64,000 nt of DNA from Candidatus Nanopelagicales bacterium (GCA_025456015.1 JALOLK010000001.1:22846-86845); one strand, 5' to 3'. Shown: positions 1 through 11,304, numbered from the stretch's first letter. A program made the numbers and translations. The notes: a model not told the origin generated them from the letters alone.

Positions 1-492
<492 letters not shown>

Positions 493-528
493 GACGGTAG
501 GGCACCAGGAGCCGAGGAGGGGGCCAGC

Positions 529-1116
529 ATGGGCCGATTCGCGAAGGTGGAGCGCGCGACCAAGGAGAGCGACGTCCGCGTCGAGCTCGAGCTCGACGGG
601 TCCGGGCGCACCGACATCAGCACGGGCGTGCCCTTCTACGACCACATGATGAGCCAGATCGGCAAGCACGCCGGTTTCGACCTGGTCATCGCCACGACCG
701 GCGACATCGAGGTGGACGCCCACCACACCGTGGAGGACACCTCGCTGGCGTTCGGCACCGCCCTGCGCGAGGCACTCGGCGACAAGGTCGGCATCCGGCG
801 GTTCGGTGATGCCCTGGTGCCCCTCGACGAGGCCCTCGCCCAGGCGGTGGTGGACCTGTCGGGCCGGCCGTACGTGATGCACGAGGAGCCGCCGATGGCC
901 CCGCTCATCGGCTCCTACGACACCACGCTGACCCGGCACGTGTGGGAGTCGATCGCCGCCACCGGGCAGGTGTGCCTGCACGTGCGCTGCCTCTACGGGC
1001 GCAACCCCCATCACATGGTGGAGGCGCAGTTCAAGGCGGTCGCCCGGGCGCTGCGCACCGCCGTCGAGGTGGACCCGCGCGTCGTGGGGGTGCCGAGCAC
1101 CAAGGGTGCGCTGTGA
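529..1116 (+). CDS. hisB: Imidazoleglycerol-phosphate dehydratase
   Basis: DAHHTVED and [12 protein letters not shown] metal motifs, C-terminal [17 protein letters not shown] upstream. Confidence 0.97.
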   Translation: MGRFAKVERATKESDVRVELELDGSGRTDISTGVPFYDHMMSQIGKHAGFDLVIATTGDIEVDAHHTVEDTSLAFGTALREALGDKVGIRRFGDALVPLDEALAQAVVDLSGRPYVMHEEPPMAPLIGSYDTTLTRHVWESIAATGQVCLHVRCLYGRNPHHMVEAQFKAVARALRTAVEVDPRVVGVPSTKGAL

Positions 1117-1135
1117 GGCGCACCCGCCGCCGACC

Positions 1136-1768
1136 ATGAGCCGCTCCGTCGTCGTCCTGGACTACGGCTCGGGCAACCTGCGCTCCGCGGCGCGGGCGCT
1201 GGAGGCGGCCGGGGCCGAGGTCATCGTCACGGCCGACTTCGACGCGGGCATGGCGGCCGACGGGCTGGTGGTCCCGGGGGTCGGGGCATTCGCCGCGTGC
1301 ATGGCCGGGTTCCAGGCCGTGCGGGGCCCGCAGCTGGTCGAGCACCGGCTCGCCGGCGGCCGGCCGGTGCTGGGCATCTGCGTCGGGATGCAGATCATGT
1401 TCGAGCGCGGGGCGGAGCACGGCGTGGTGACCCAGGGTCTGGGGGAGTGGCCCGGGGTGGTGGCAGAGCTGCCGGCGCCGGTGCTGCCGCACATGGGGTG
1501 GAACACGGTCAGCGTGCCCGACGGCTCGGTGCTGTTCGCCGGCCTGGCCGATGAGCGGTTCTACTTCGTGCACTCCTATGCCGTGCAGCAGTGGGACTGG
1601 GTCGCCCAGGAGCCGTTCCATGCCCCGCTGGTGACCTGGGCCGAGCATGGTGCCCCGTTCATCGCGGCCATCGAGAACGGTCCGCTCACCGCCACGCAGT
1701 TCCACCCGGAGAAGTCCGGCGCGGCCGGGCTGGCGCTGCTCGGCAACTGGCTGGGCACCGTGGGCTGA
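1136..1768 (+). CDS. hisH: Imidazole glycerol phosphate synthase, glutaminase subunit
   Basis: [36 protein letters not shown]. Confidence 0.97.
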   Translation: MSRSVVVLDYGSGNLRSAARALEAAGAEVIVTADFDAGMAADGLVVPGVGAFAACMAGFQAVRGPQLVEHRLAGGRPVLGICVGMQIMFERGAEHGVVTQGLGEWPGVVAELPAPVLPHMGWNTVSVPDGSVLFAGLADERFYFVHSYAVQQWDWVAQEPFHAPLVTWAEHGAPFIAAIENGPLTATQFHPEKSGAAGLALLGNWLGTVG

Positions 1769-1829
1769 CCGAGCGGGCTGGGACCCGCGGGCGGTGCCGC
1801 GCGGCGCGTGCGGCGGCGCGCGGAGGAAA

Positions 1830-1851
1830 TGTCACACGCCCGTCGGATGAT
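1830..1851 (+). promoter_or_regulatory. Putative PafBC-type (RecA-NDp) DNA-damage promoter for sbcDC
   Basis: TGTCA-CAC-N8-GATGAT has the spacing of TGTCRgtg-N8-TAnnnT; both the gtg and the -10 are imperfect. Confidence 0.5.
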
Positions 1852-1943
1852 CCGGTTGGATCCGGAGCAGGCCCGCGGCAGTCGCGGGCCGTCCGGACCG
1901 GCCGGGGGCCACGGGGGCTCCCGGCGCGGGCGGGAGGGACACC

Positions 1944-3131
1944 ATGCGGTTGCTGCACACCTCGGACTGGCACCTGGGCCGGTCGCTGCACGGGCTGGAC
2001 CTCATCGAGCACCAGGAGTCGGCCCTGCGCCACGTCGTGGCGCTCGCCCGGCAGGAGCGGGTCGATGCGGTCCTGGTCTGCGGCGACGTCTACGACCGGG
2101 CCGTGCCGCCCCTGCCGGCCATCGAGGTGTTCGAGCGCGTCGTGGGCGAGCTCGCGTCGTTCACGCAGGTGATCATCAGCTCGGGCAACCACGACTCGGG
2201 CATGCGGCTGGGGAACATGGCCGAGCACCTGGTCGAGCGCATCGCCATCCGCACCCGCATCGACCGCCTCGACGAGCCGGTCGTGCTCACCGACGAGCAC
2301 GGCGAGGTGCTCGTGTACGCGCTGCCGTACCTGGACCCGGAGGCCGCCCGGTACCCGCTCGGCGGGCCCGACGGGCCCGTGCCCCGCAGCCATGCGGCGG
2401 TGCTCGCCGCGGCGATGGAACGGGTCCGCGCCGACGTCGCCGGGCGAGCCCCGGCGGGGAGCCGCCCGCCGCGCACGGTCGTCATGGCGCACGCCTTCGT
2501 CGCCGGTCGGGAGCGGCCCGAGACCAGCGAGAGCGAGCGCGACCTGCGCGTCGGTGGGGTCGAGGTCGTGCCGACCGATGTGTTCGACGGGATGACGTAC
2601 ACCGCGCTGGGCCACCTGCACGGGCCGCAGGAGCCCCGCGCCGGTGCCGGCGTCGTGCGCTACTGCGGCTCGCCGCTGCGCTACTCGTTCTCCGAGGCAC
2701 AGCACGCGAAGAGCGTCACGGTCGTCGAGCTGGGCGCCGACGGCGTCGCGGGCGTGCGTGCGGTCGACGTGCCGCAACCCCGCCCCATGGCGGTGCTGCG
2801 TGGCTCGCTCGCCGAGCTGGTCGGGGACGGCGCGCACACCCTCCACGAGGGGTCGTGGGTCCGCGCCGAGGTCACCGACGCGGTGCGCCCTGACGGCATG
2901 TACGACGCGCTGCGCGGTCGCTTCCCGCACCTGCTCTGCGCGCACCACCTGCCGCCGGGTGGGCTGGCCATGGGGGCCCCCGAGGTGGCGGGCAGGACCG
3001 ACCCGTTGGAGGTCCTGGCGCAGTTCCTGCGCGACGCGACGAACACCGACGACGAGCTGGCGATCGCCGAGCACCTCGCCCTGGTGCGCGGCCACTACGA
3101 GGCGCAGCAGCGCGAGGAGGGCATCGCCTGA
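1944..3131 (+). CDS. sbcD: SbcD/Mre11-family nuclease subunit
   Basis: HTSDWHLG, GDVYD, GNHD, ALGHLH metallophosphoesterase motifs; TGATG overlap with sbcC. Confidence 0.95.
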   Translation: MRLLHTSDWHLGRSLHGLDLIEHQESALRHVVALARQERVDAVLVCGDVYDRAVPPLPAIEVFERVVGELASFTQVIISSGNHDSGMRLGNMAEHLVERIAIRTRIDRLDEPVVLTDEHGEVLVYALPYLDPEAARYPLGGPDGPVPRSHAAVLAAAMERVRADVAGRAPAGSRPPRTVVMAHAFVAGRERPETSESERDLRVGGVEVVPTDVFDGMTYTALGHLHGPQEPRAGAGVVRYCGSPLRYSFSEAQHAKSVTVVELGADGVAGVRAVDVPQPRPMAVLRGSLAELVGDGAHTLHEGSWVRAEVTDAVRPDGMYDALRGRFPHLLCAHHLPPGGLAMGAPEVAGRTDPLEVLAQFLRDATNTDDELAIAEHLALVRGHYEAQQREEGIA

Positions 3132-6115
3132 TGCGGCTGCACCGCCTCACCTTCGCCGGGCTCGGCCCCTTCCGCGACGAGCAGGTGATCGACTTCGCCG
3201 ACCTCGCCGCATCCGGGCTGTTCCTGCTCGAGGGGCCGACGGGGGCCGGGAAGTCGACGATCATCGACGCGATCGTGTTCGCCCTGTACGGCACCGTGGC
3301 GGGTGCGGAGTCGGACAAGGGCCGGCTGGTGAGCCAGTTCCTCGACGGGTCGCGGGCGCCGTTCGCCGAGCTGGTCTTCCAGACCGGAGCCGGCGTCCAC
3401 CGCATCCGCCGCACGCCGACCTACGAGGCCCGCAAGGCGCGCGGGACGGGCACCACCACCCGGAACGCCACCGTCACGCTGCTGCGCCTCGACGCCCCGG
3501 ACGACGAGGCGGGCGAGCCGCTGACCACCTCGCTGCGGGAGGCCGGCGACGAGGTCAACCGGATCGTCGGGCTGACGAAGGACCAGTTCATCAGCACCAT
3601 GGTGCTGCCGCAGGGGGAGTTCGCGCGGTTCCTGCAGGCGGAGGGCAAGGAGCGCCTGCCCATCCTGCAGCGGATCTTCCGCACGGAGCCCTACGAGCGG
3701 CTCCAGCGGCGGCTGTGGGAGGCCAAGGGGGAAGCCGAGCGGGCGCGGGCCCAGGCCTGCCAGGCGGTCGAGCTCGCCCTCGCCGGGTTCCATGGCGCCG
3801 CCGGCAGCGACCCCGACACGGCGCCCTGGCACGGGCTGGACCTGCGGGACGGCGCCGCCCTCGATGCTGCGCTCGACGCCGCCCTGCGCGGCCTCGACGC
3901 GCTCGCGCGGGAGGCGGGCCGGGGGGCGCAGGGCGCCGCCGAGTCCCTGCGCCTGGCCACGGCGGCCCATCAGGGCGTGCTCGACCGGGTGCGCCGTCGG
4001 GACCGGCTCGCCCAGGCCACCGCCCGGGCCGGCGCCCTCGAGGCGGCCGCACCTGAGCACCTGGCCCGGGTGGCCCGGCTCGCGGCAGCCGAGCGGGCGG
4101 AGCGGGTCGCCGACGCTCTCGCCGCGGAAGCGACCGCGTCGGCTGCCTTCGACCTCGCCGCCGGGGCTGACGAGGCCGCCCGGTCGGCCCTGCCCCAGGG
4201 CCAGCAGGGGCTGACCATCGGTGGCCTGCGCGAAGCCCTCGACCTCGAGCGGGAGCGGGCCGCGGGGCTGGCGCCCGTCGTGGAGGTGGAAGCCGGGCTG
4301 CCCGCACTGGCGTCCGCGCTCGAGCAGGGCCGGGCGTGCCTGGCCGACGAGCGTGCCCGGGTGGCCGAGCAGGACCGGGCCCTCCGCGGGATCCCCGCGC
4401 GGCAGACCTCGCTGTCCGCCGAGCGCGACGCGGCCACGGCCCGGGCCGCGCTGGTGGGGGCCTGCGAGCAGGAGGTCGAGCGGGCGGGGGCCCGTCGTAC
4501 CGCCGCCGAGCAGCTGGCCGAGGCCGGCCGCGAGCTGGACGCGGCGCGCGGGGCCCAGGTGGCCGCGATGGGGCAGCTGCAGGAGGCCGAGGCGGCTGCC
4601 CGGTCCCTGGCCGACCGGTACCGGATGGGGCTGGCCGCCGAGCTCGGGTCGGGCCTGCAGCCGGACGAGCCCTGCCCCGTCTGCGGGTCCTGCACGCATC
4701 CGGCGCCGGCCCGCCCGGACGCCGACCACGTCCCGCGCGAGCAGGTCGAGCACGCCGAGCTCGTGGTCCGGGCCGTACGTGACCGCGTGGAGCAGTGCCG
4801 CGCTGCCGTGGCCGGGGCGGAGCAGCGGGTCGTCCGGCATGCCGCGCAGGCCGAGGGCCTGGACCTCGAGGCGGCCGGCACGGCGCTGCAGCAGGCGCAG
4901 GCCGAGCTCGCGCGGGCTCGGGCGGGCGCCGTCGCGGCGGCCGCGCTGGACGACGCGCTCGCCGAGCTCGAGGCGGAGCAGCGGCGCTGCACCGAGGCGC
5001 GCACCGCTGCCCTCGCCGCGGCCGCGGGCCTCGAGGCCCAGCTCACGGCGCTCGCGGCTCAGCAGGAGGCCGACGAGGCGGTGGTGGCCCAGGCCCGGGC
5101 CGAGCACCCCTCCGTCGCGGCCCGGGCCGAGGCCCTGGCCCGCACGATCGTGGCGCTGGAGGCGGCCCAGTCCGCCGCGGCTGGGCGCGCGACCGCCGAC
5201 GAAGCCCTGGCGCGTGCGCGGGCGGCGCTCACCAGGGCGCTGCAGCGTGAGGCCTTCGAGGACGCCGACGCCGCGCGTGCCGCGCACCTGGACCCGCAGC
5301 GACGCGGCGCGCTCGAGGCCCACGTGCGCGCGCACGAGGCGGAGGCGGCCCAGGTGGCGGCCGTCCTGGCCGAACCGGAGCTGGCCGACGTGGACCTCGA
5401 CGAGGCGCTGGACCCAGCCCCGGCCGCCACCGCGGTGGCCGCGGCCAGCGCCGAGCAGGAGGCGGCGCTGGCGGCCCAGGGGCAGGCCCGCGCGCGGCTG
5501 GCGGACGCGGCCGGGCAGGCGGCGTCCGTGCGGGCGGCGGTGCAGGAGCGCGACCTGTGCCTGGCGCAGACCGAGCCCCTGCTGCAGGTGGCCCGCCTCG
5601 CCTGGGGCCACAACGCGTTGTCGATGAACCTGGCCACGTACGTCGTCCAGCGCCGGTTCGAGACGGTCGTGGCAGCGGCGAACGAGCACCTGCGGCACAT
5701 GTCGGACGGGACGCTCGAGCTGGTTGCCACCGAGGACGCCGAGGGTCGCAGCACCCGGGCGGGCCTGGGCCTGCGGGTGGTGGACCTGCGCACGGGGCTG
5801 GATCGCGGCACCCGCACGCTGTCCGGCGGCGAGACGTTCTACACCTCGCTGGCGCTGGCGCTGGGCCTGGCCGCGGTGGTGGCCGGTGAGGCCGGCGGGG
5901 TGCAGCTGGGCACGCTGTTCGTCGACGAGGGCTTCGGCTCGTTGGGCGGCCGGACCCTCGACGACGTCATGTCGGTCCTCACCGCGCTGGGGGCGGGGGG
6001 CCGGGTCATCGGCGTGGTCTCCCACGTCGAGGAGATGAAGCAGCGCATCCCCGAGCGGATCGAGGTCCGCCGCGACGGGCTCGCGGGCCACAGCGCCATC
6101 CGGGTGGTGGCCTGA
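3131..6115 (+). CDS. sbcC: SbcC/Rad50-family SMC-like ATPase
   Basis: Walker [16 protein letters not shown]-loop, CPVCGS zinc hook between coiled coils, LSGGE signature, [11 protein letters not shown]alker B. Confidence 0.95.
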   Translation: MRLHRLTFAGLGPFRDEQVIDFADLAASGLFLLEGPTGAGKSTIIDAIVFALYGTVAGAESDKGRLVSQFLDGSRAPFAELVFQTGAGVHRIRRTPTYEARKARGTGTTTRNATVTLLRLDAPDDEAGEPLTTSLREAGDEVNRIVGLTKDQFISTMVLPQGEFARFLQAEGKERLPILQRIFRTEPYERLQRRLWEAKGEAERARAQACQAVELALAGFHGAAGSDPDTAPWHGLDLRDGAALDAALDAALRGLDALAREAGRGAQGAAESLRLATAAHQGVLDRVRRRDRLAQATARAGALEAAAPEHLARVARLAAAERAERVADALAAEATASAAFDLAAGADEAARSALPQGQQGLTIGGLREALDLERERAAGLAPVVEVEAGLPALASALEQGRACLADERARVAEQDRALRGIPARQTSLSAERDAATARAALVGACEQEVERAGARRTAAEQLAEAGRELDAARGAQVAAMGQLQEAEAAARSLADRYRMGLAAELGSGLQPDEPCPVCGSCTHPAPARPDADHVPREQVEHAELVVRAVRDRVEQCRAAVAGAEQRVVRHAAQAEGLDLEAAGTALQQAQAELARARAGAVAAAALDDALAELEAEQRRCTEARTAALAAAAGLEAQLTALAAQQEADEAVVAQARAEHPSVAARAEALARTIVALEAAQSAAAGRATADEALARARAALTRALQREAFEDADAARAAHLDPQRRGALEAHVRAHEAEAAQVAAVLAEPELADVDLDEALDPAPAATAVAAASAEQEAALAAQGQARARLADAAGQAASVRAAVQERDLCLAQTEPLLQVARLAWGHNALSMNLATYVVQRRFETVVAAANEHLRHMSDGTLELVATEDAEGRSTRAGLGLRVVDLRTGLDRGTRTLSGGETFYTSLALALGLAAVVAGEAGGVQLGTLFVDEGFGSLGGRTLDDVMSVLTALGAGGRVIGVVSHVEEMKQRIPERIEVRRDGLAGHSAIRVVA

Positions 6116-6138
6116 CCGGGGCGGCTACCCTTCGCGCC

Positions 6139-6879
6139 ATGCAGACGCTGACCCTCCTGCCCGCCGTGGACGTCCGCGATGGCACGGCCGTGCGCCTCGT
6201 GCAGGGCGAGTCCGGGACCGAGACCGCGTACGGCAGCCCGCTCGAGGCGGCCCTGGACTTCCAGGCCCAGGGGGCGCAGTGGATCCACCTGGTGGATCTC
6301 GACGCGGCCTTCGGCACCGGCTCGAACCGCGACCTGCTCGCCGAGGTCATCGGCGCGCTCGACGTGCAGGTGGAGCTGTCCGGCGGGATTCGCGACGACG
6401 CCTCGCTCACGGCTGCCCTCGCCACCGGCTGCCGTCGGGTCAACCTCGGCACCGCGGCGCTCGAGGATCCGGCCTGGACGCGCCGGGTGATCGGCGAGCA
6501 CGGCGATCGCATCGCCGTGGGCCTCGACGTCCGGGGCACCACGCTGGCCGCCCGCGGATGGACCCGGGAGGGCGGGGACCTGTGGGAGACCCTGGCCCGC
6601 CTCGACGCGGACGGCTGCTCGCGCTACGTGGTCACCGACGTCACCAAGGATGGGACGCTCCAGGGGCCGAACCTCGAGCTGCTGCGCGAGGTGTGCCAGC
6701 GCACCGACCGGCCCGTCGTGGCCAGCGGCGGGGTGGCGCGCCTGGCGGACCTGCACCAGCTGGCCGAGCTGGTCCCGCTGGGGGTCGAGGGGGCGATCGT
6801 CGGCAAGGCGCTCTACGCCGGGGCGTTCACCCTGGCCGAGGCCCTGGCGGCCGTGGCCCCGCGACGCGACACCCTCTAG
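6139..6879 (+). CDS. hisA: HisA, probably the bifunctional HisA/TrpF phosphoribosyl isomerase A (PriA)
   Basis: [38 protein letters not shown]; no separate trpF in the local trp cluster. Confidence 0.95.
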   Translation: MQTLTLLPAVDVRDGTAVRLVQGESGTETAYGSPLEAALDFQAQGAQWIHLVDLDAAFGTGSNRDLLAEVIGALDVQVELSGGIRDDASLTAALATGCRRVNLGTAALEDPAWTRRVIGEHGDRIAVGLDVRGTTLAARGWTREGGDLWETLARLDADGCSRYVVTDVTKDGTLQGPNLELLREVCQRTDRPVVASGGVARLADLHQLAELVPLGVEGAIVGKALYAGAFTLAEALAAVAPRRDTL

Positions 6880-6889
6880 GGCTACGGCG

Positions 6890-7306
6890 ATGCCCGTCGA
6901 GCGGTACGCCAGCGGCGGCCCCTACGAGGACGTCGTGGGCTACAGCCGGGTGGTGGTCACCCATGGGCCGGGGGGCCGCACCGGGGTCACCGCCGGGACG
7001 ACCGCGCTCGTCAACGGCGTGGTCCAGCATCCCGAGGATGCCTACGCCCAGGCGCTGGTCGCCTTCCAGTCCGCCCTGTTCGCCCTGGAGCGGGCAGGCT
7101 TCGCGCGCACCGACGTGATCCAGACCCGGATGTACCTGCCCGCGATCGCGCGGGACGCCGACGCCGTCGGACGGGCGCACGCGATGCTGTTCGACGAGGT
7201 CCGGCCGGCCGCCACCATGCTCGGCGTGGCCGGATTGGTCGATCCCGCGATGCTCGTCGAGGTCGAGGTGGTGGCCTGGCGCCCGGAGGACGACTCCGCC
7301 GCCTGA
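6890..7306 (+). CDS. RidA/YjgF family protein
   Basis: SGGPYEDVVGYSR, DVIQTRMY, VGRAH, RPAATM, LVEVEVVA; common neighbour of hisA in actinobacteria. Confidence 0.85.
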   Translation: MPVERYASGGPYEDVVGYSRVVVTHGPGGRTGVTAGTTALVNGVVQHPEDAYAQALVAFQSALFALERAGFARTDVIQTRMYLPAIARDADAVGRAHAMLFDEVRPAATMLGVAGLVDPAMLVEVEVVAWRPEDDSAA

Positions 7307-7326
7307 CCCGCCGCATGGCGGCGGGT
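7306..7326 (+). terminator. Possible terminator hairpin after the RidA gene
   Basis: ACCCGCCGC-ATG-GCGGCGGGT, perfect 9-bp stem; weak U-tract. Confidence 0.45.
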
Positions 7327-7625
7327 TCCGCGCCCCATACGCCCATCAGTCCCAAGGCGTCCGCGAGCGCGCCCGGGCCTGGTGAAGTGCGTCAGGTGAA
7401 CCGGTCCCCCGACACATCCGAGGGACGGTCCACGGGATGCGTTCCATACCTACCGGGCCCCTAATTCGCGGTCAACGGGAGCCTATTCAGGCTCACATTG
7501 GCGGGCAGGGGTGCCGATGCATGGGCAGGGTTTCGGCCCAGACCTCGTGTGGCGGGAGCTTCCGGGCAGGACAAGGGACCGGGAGTGGGGGAGGTCGACT
7601 TCACCGACGGAAGGATCGACCCGGC

Positions 7626-9242
7626 ATGTCCGCCCACGAACGATCAGGCACGACCCTGCCCGGCGCGCGACGCCCGGGCCCCAGAACGCCGGCCTCGGGC
7701 CCGGCCCGGACCGCACGGGTGGTGCTGCTCATCCCCCTCGTGGCCATCCTGGCGCTGCTGTCCGGTCCGGCTGTCGCCCTCGCGGCGCCCGCAGGCAACG
7801 CCCGGCCCGCCCGACCGGCCGTCCAGCCCGCAGTCGGGGCCCTGCAGGTGGCGTGGCAGGCACCGAGCGCCCGGGCCAGGGGTGGCGCCCGGGTGACCGG
7901 GTACCAGGTCCGGGTGATGAGCAAGCCCGGAGCCCGCACCGTGCGCACCGTGCGCACCGGTGCCCGTGCCCGTACCGTCACCCTGGCCGGGCTGCCGACC
8001 GGCGCCCGCTACGTCGCCCGGGTCCGGGCGCTGCGTGGCCGCTCCACAGGCGCGTGGTCCGCGGTCTCCGCCGCGGTGGCGCCCTCCTCCACCGGCGCCG
8101 CGCGCATCGGCACGGCGGAGCACCCCATCGCGGGGGTGAACGTGCCACGGGCCGGCGACGCCCTGGTCATGTACACCCGAACCGCGAAGCAGACCGTCTC
8201 GCCGGCCAACGAGTGGGGCGTCGAGGTCGCGGTCCGCAACGGCACCATCAGCGAGGTGCGCGACCGCCAGGCCACGCTCGACCGGCGCGGGATGCGCATC
8301 CCGCGGGACGGCTACCTGCTCTCCGCGCACGGCGCGGCACGGTCGTGGCTGCTGGCGAACGCTCGCGTGGGCCAGGCCGTGGTGCTCACCAACGGCACCA
8401 CGTCGACCCTCACGCCGACGCCGCCCCCGGCGGCCCCGGTCGGGGCGCTGCCGCAGCGGGTCGCGGGCGTGTACTGGACCGGGTGGAACCCGGCCCCGGC
8501 GGTGGATGCCCTACCCGCGGGCTACAACCTCGCCTACCTGTTCGCGGCCCACCGCAGCGCGCCCTACGGGGCCGTCAGCTGGAGCTACGCCCGGCCCACG
8601 GGGATCCCCGCGGCCCGAGCACGCGGTGTCAAGGTCATCCTGTCCACCGGAGGGGCCGGCTCGGGCATCGCCTTCACCGACCGCACCACCTCGACGAACT
8701 TCGTGAACAGCATCGAGGCGATCAACGCGTCCTGGGGTGGGACGCGCACGGCGCCGGCGTTCGACGGCGTGGACTTCAACACCTTCGAGGCCGAGGCGGT
8801 GCCGAACACCCCCGAGTACCTGTGGATGGCCCAGGAGCTCAAGCGTCGGTTCGGTGCCGCGTTCCTCATCACCAGCCCACCGGCGCCGTGGCGGGACAGC
8901 GACCGGGCGTTCTGCGCCCAGATGCTCGCAGCGGGCGCCATGGACTACTGCGCCCCGCAGTACTACGACGGGCCGGGCCTGGCCGATCCCAGCTACATCG
9001 TGAACTCCGTCCGCTCGTGGGTGCGCGACGTGGCCGGCGGCGACGCCAGCCGGATCGTGGTCGGGTTCGGCATCCAGCCGGGTGCGGCGAACTACTCCAC
9101 GACGGCCGGCGTCGCGCAGGCCTGGAACCAGCTCGAGGCGGAGTTCCCGCGGCTGCGCGGGGCCTTCCTGTGGAGCCATGCCGGCGATGCGGCGAACGGG
9201 TGGGGGTTCGCGACCACGGTGACCCCGTCGGTCCGCAACTAG
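7626..9242 (+). CDS. Secreted protein: signal peptide, fibronectin type III domain, beta-rich module, GH18 chitinase-like TIM barrel
   Basis: Hydrophobic signal ending ALA-AP; FN3 pattern (VAWQAP..VTGYQV..LAGLPTGARYVARVRA..GAWS); GH18 hallmarks VILSTGG, FDGVDFNTFE, PQYY, RGAFLWS; start chosen from GAAGGA upstream of ATG 7626. Confidence 0.75.
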   Translation: MSAHERSGTTLPGARRPGPRTPASGPARTARVVLLIPLVAILALLSGPAVALAAPAGNARPARPAVQPAVGALQVAWQAPSARARGGARVTGYQVRVMSKPGARTVRTVRTGARARTVTLAGLPTGARYVARVRALRGRSTGAWSAVSAAVAPSSTGAARIGTAEHPIAGVNVPRAGDALVMYTRTAKQTVSPANEWGVEVAVRNGTISEVRDRQATLDRRGMRIPRDGYLLSAHGAARSWLLANARVGQAVVLTNGTTSTLTPTPPPAAPVGALPQRVAGVYWTGWNPAPAVDALPAGYNLAYLFAAHRSAPYGAVSWSYARPTGIPAARARGVKVILSTGGAGSGIAFTDRTTSTNFVNSIEAINASWGGTRTAPAFDGVDFNTFEAEAVPNTPEYLWMAQELKRRFGAAFLITSPPAPWRDSDRAFCAQMLAAGAMDYCAPQYYDGPGLADPSYIVNSVRSWVRDVAGGDASRIVVGFGIQPGAANYSTTAGVAQAWNQLEAEFPRLRGAFLWSHAGDAANGWGFATTVTPSVRN

Positions 9243-9435
9243 GACCACGGCGCCGGTGCCCTCGGGGACCAGTGGGGGCGGGCGCCAGCAGCGGCAGCGG
9301 GGCCCGGATCGACGCGTGCGGACCGGGCCCCGCTGCTGCGCTCGCTCGACCCCTCACCGCGTGGCCACGAGGACTAGACTCCGGCAACCCAGCAGGGAAC
9401 GGGGCAGGCGCAGGGAGGTGGCGGGGTTGGTCGGG

Positions 9436-11304
9436 ATGCCGCGGTGGCCTGGCAGCGACTCGACCGCGTCGACCAGCTCGATCCGAGCCGAGATCGAGTC
9501 CTCGCCGGAGTTCGAGCGGACCGTCGCCGCGCAGGCGGCCGCGCTGGGCCGCAGCGCCGACGACGTCCGCCAGGAGGCCCGGGCCTGCCTCAAGGAGATG
9601 GTGGCGGCCGAGAGCCCCAGCGCCACGAAGGCCTGGACCAAGCTGGGCGCCTGGCTGGCGCGGGCCTACGAGTTCGACGTCGACCAGGCCGACCTGGCTC
9701 GGCTCAAGACCCTCGACACCGCCGAGACGCTGGTCTTCCTGCCCAACCACCGCTCCTACCTGGACCCGTTCGTGCTGCGCCTGGTCCTCGAGCAGGCGGG
9801 TTTCCCGCCCAACTTCGTCCTCGGCGGGTCGAACCTGTCGTTCTTCCCCCTGGGTCCGATCGGCCAGCACACGGGCCTGGTCTTCATCCGCCGCCAGTTC
9901 AAGGACGCCCCGGTCTACAAGGCCATGCTGGGGGTCTACCTGGCGCACCTGGTCCAGCGCGGCGCCAACCTCGAGTGGTACATCGAGGGTGGCCGCACCC
10001 GCACCGGCAAGCTGCGGCCCCCGCGCATGGGGATCCTGAGCTACCTCGTGGACGCCTTCAAGGGCTCGGGGGTGCACGACGTGTCCTTCGTGCCGGTGTC
10101 GATCATCTACGACCAGCAGCACGAGGTCGGCGCGATCGTCGAGGAGGAGTCCGGCGGCACGAAGGCGCCCGAGAGCGTCAAGTGGGCGCTGCGCTACGCC
10201 CGGGCGCAGGGGTCCCGGCGGGGCAAGGTGCACCTGCGGTTCGCCGAGCCCGTGTCCCTGCGGGCGATGCTCGACGAGGTCGGCTCGGTGGAGGGCCGGT
10301 ACCGCGCGGCGGTCCCGAAGGTCGCCTTCGAGGTGTGCCACCGGATCAACCGCGTCACCCCGGTGACCGCGGCCGCAGTGGCCACCCTCGTCCTGCTCGA
10401 GCACTCGGACCGCGCGCTGACCGAGGCGCAGATGCGGGCCGGCGCGCTGCCCATCGCCGAGTACCTCGCGCAGCGGGGGGCACCCATCGCCGGCGGCATG
10501 CACCTCGACCGCTCCCACGTGCTCACCGAACGGCTGCCCACCGAGGGGCGCCTGGCCCTGGAGACCCTCGTCCGCGAGGGCGTGGTCGCGCGCTTCGACG
10601 GCGGTGACGAGACGGTCTACTCGATCCCGTCGGGGCGCTACCTGGAGGCGGCCTTCTACCGCAACACCCTGAGCCACTTCTTCGTCACGCGCTCCATCGT
10701 CGAGCTGGCGGTGCTGGCGGCCGCCGAGCAGGGGGCCACCGACCTCATCGCCGCGTCGTGGCTCGAGGCGCTGGCGCTGCGCGACCTGCTCAAGTACGAG
10801 TTCTTCTTCTCGACCAAGGAGCAGTTCGACCACGAGGTGCGCGCCGAGATGGAGCTGAGCATCCCGGGCTGGGAGCAGGCCGACGTCCCGGCGGCGCGGG
10901 CCCCGGAGCGCATCCGGGCGCTGCCATTCCGCGCGGCCCCCCGGATCCTCACACCGTTCCTCGAGGCGTACGGCGTGCTCGCCGACCGGCTGGCGCTGCG
11001 CGACCCGGGCGAGAAGGTCGACCAGGACGCGCTGGTCGCCGAGTGCATCGGGGTGGCGCGGCAGCGGGTGCTGCAGCGCAGCCTGCACAGCCCCGAGTCG
11101 GTGTCCAAGGACCTGTTCAAGAACGCGCTGCTGCTGGCGGGCAACCGCGACCTGCTCGGACCCGGCGACGCCGGGCTGGTCGAGCGCCGCGCCGCCTTCG
11201 CCGCGGAGCTGGCCGAGGTCGTCCGGCGCATCGACGTGCTCCGGGAGATGAGCGCACCCGCCCCGGGCACCGTGGCGCCATCCAGCGAGGAGGTGCCGGC
11301 ATGA
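9436..11304 (+). CDS. plsB: Glycerol-3-phosphate 1-O-acyltransferase (PlsB-like)
   Basis: NHRSYLD (HX4D), FIRR, YIEGGRTRTGKL; a TAGACT -10 at 9375-9380 places the start at 9418-9436 rather than 9256. Confidence 0.85.
   Translation: MPRWPGSDSTASTSSIRAEIESSPEFERTVAAQAAALGRSADDVRQEARACLKEMVAAESPSATKAWTKLGAWLARAYEFDVDQADLARLKTLDTAETLVFLPNHRSYLDPFVLRLVLEQAGFPPNFVLGGSNLSFFPLGPIGQHTGLVFIRRQFKDAPVYKAMLGVYLAHLVQRGANLEWYIEGGRTRTGKLRPPRMGILSYLVDAFKGSGVHDVSFVPVSIIYDQQHEVGAIVEEESGGTKAPESVKWALRYARAQGSRRGKVHLRFAEPVSLRAMLDEVGSVEGRYRAAVPKVAFEVCHRINRVTPVTAAAVATLVLLEHSDRALTEAQMRAGALPIAEYLAQRGAPIAGGMHLDRSHVLTERLPTEGRLALETLVREGVVARFDGGDETVYSIPSGRYLEAAFYRNTLSHFFVTRSIVELAVLAAAEQGATDLIAASWLEALALRDLLKYEFFFSTKEQFDHEVRAEMELSIPGWEQADVPAARAPERIRALPFRAAPRILTPFLEAYGVLADRLALRDPGEKVDQDALVAECIGVARQRVLQRSLHSPESVSKDLFKNALLLAGNRDLLGPGDAGLVERRAAFAAELAEVVRRIDVLREMSAPAPGTVAPSSEEVPA

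Noticed and set aside
1944..6115. SMC-based defence system (Wadjet or Lamassu)
   Set aside because: Zinc hook and Mre11-type partner identify ordinary SbcCD; no effector or kleisin genes
7327..7625. c-di-AMP or c-di-GMP riboswitch, or DasR site, before the GH18-like gene
   Set aside because: I could not find their conserved cores (GCTGAATC/CCCGTCAGCTAAC; GGCAAA..GCAAA; TGGTCTAGACCA)
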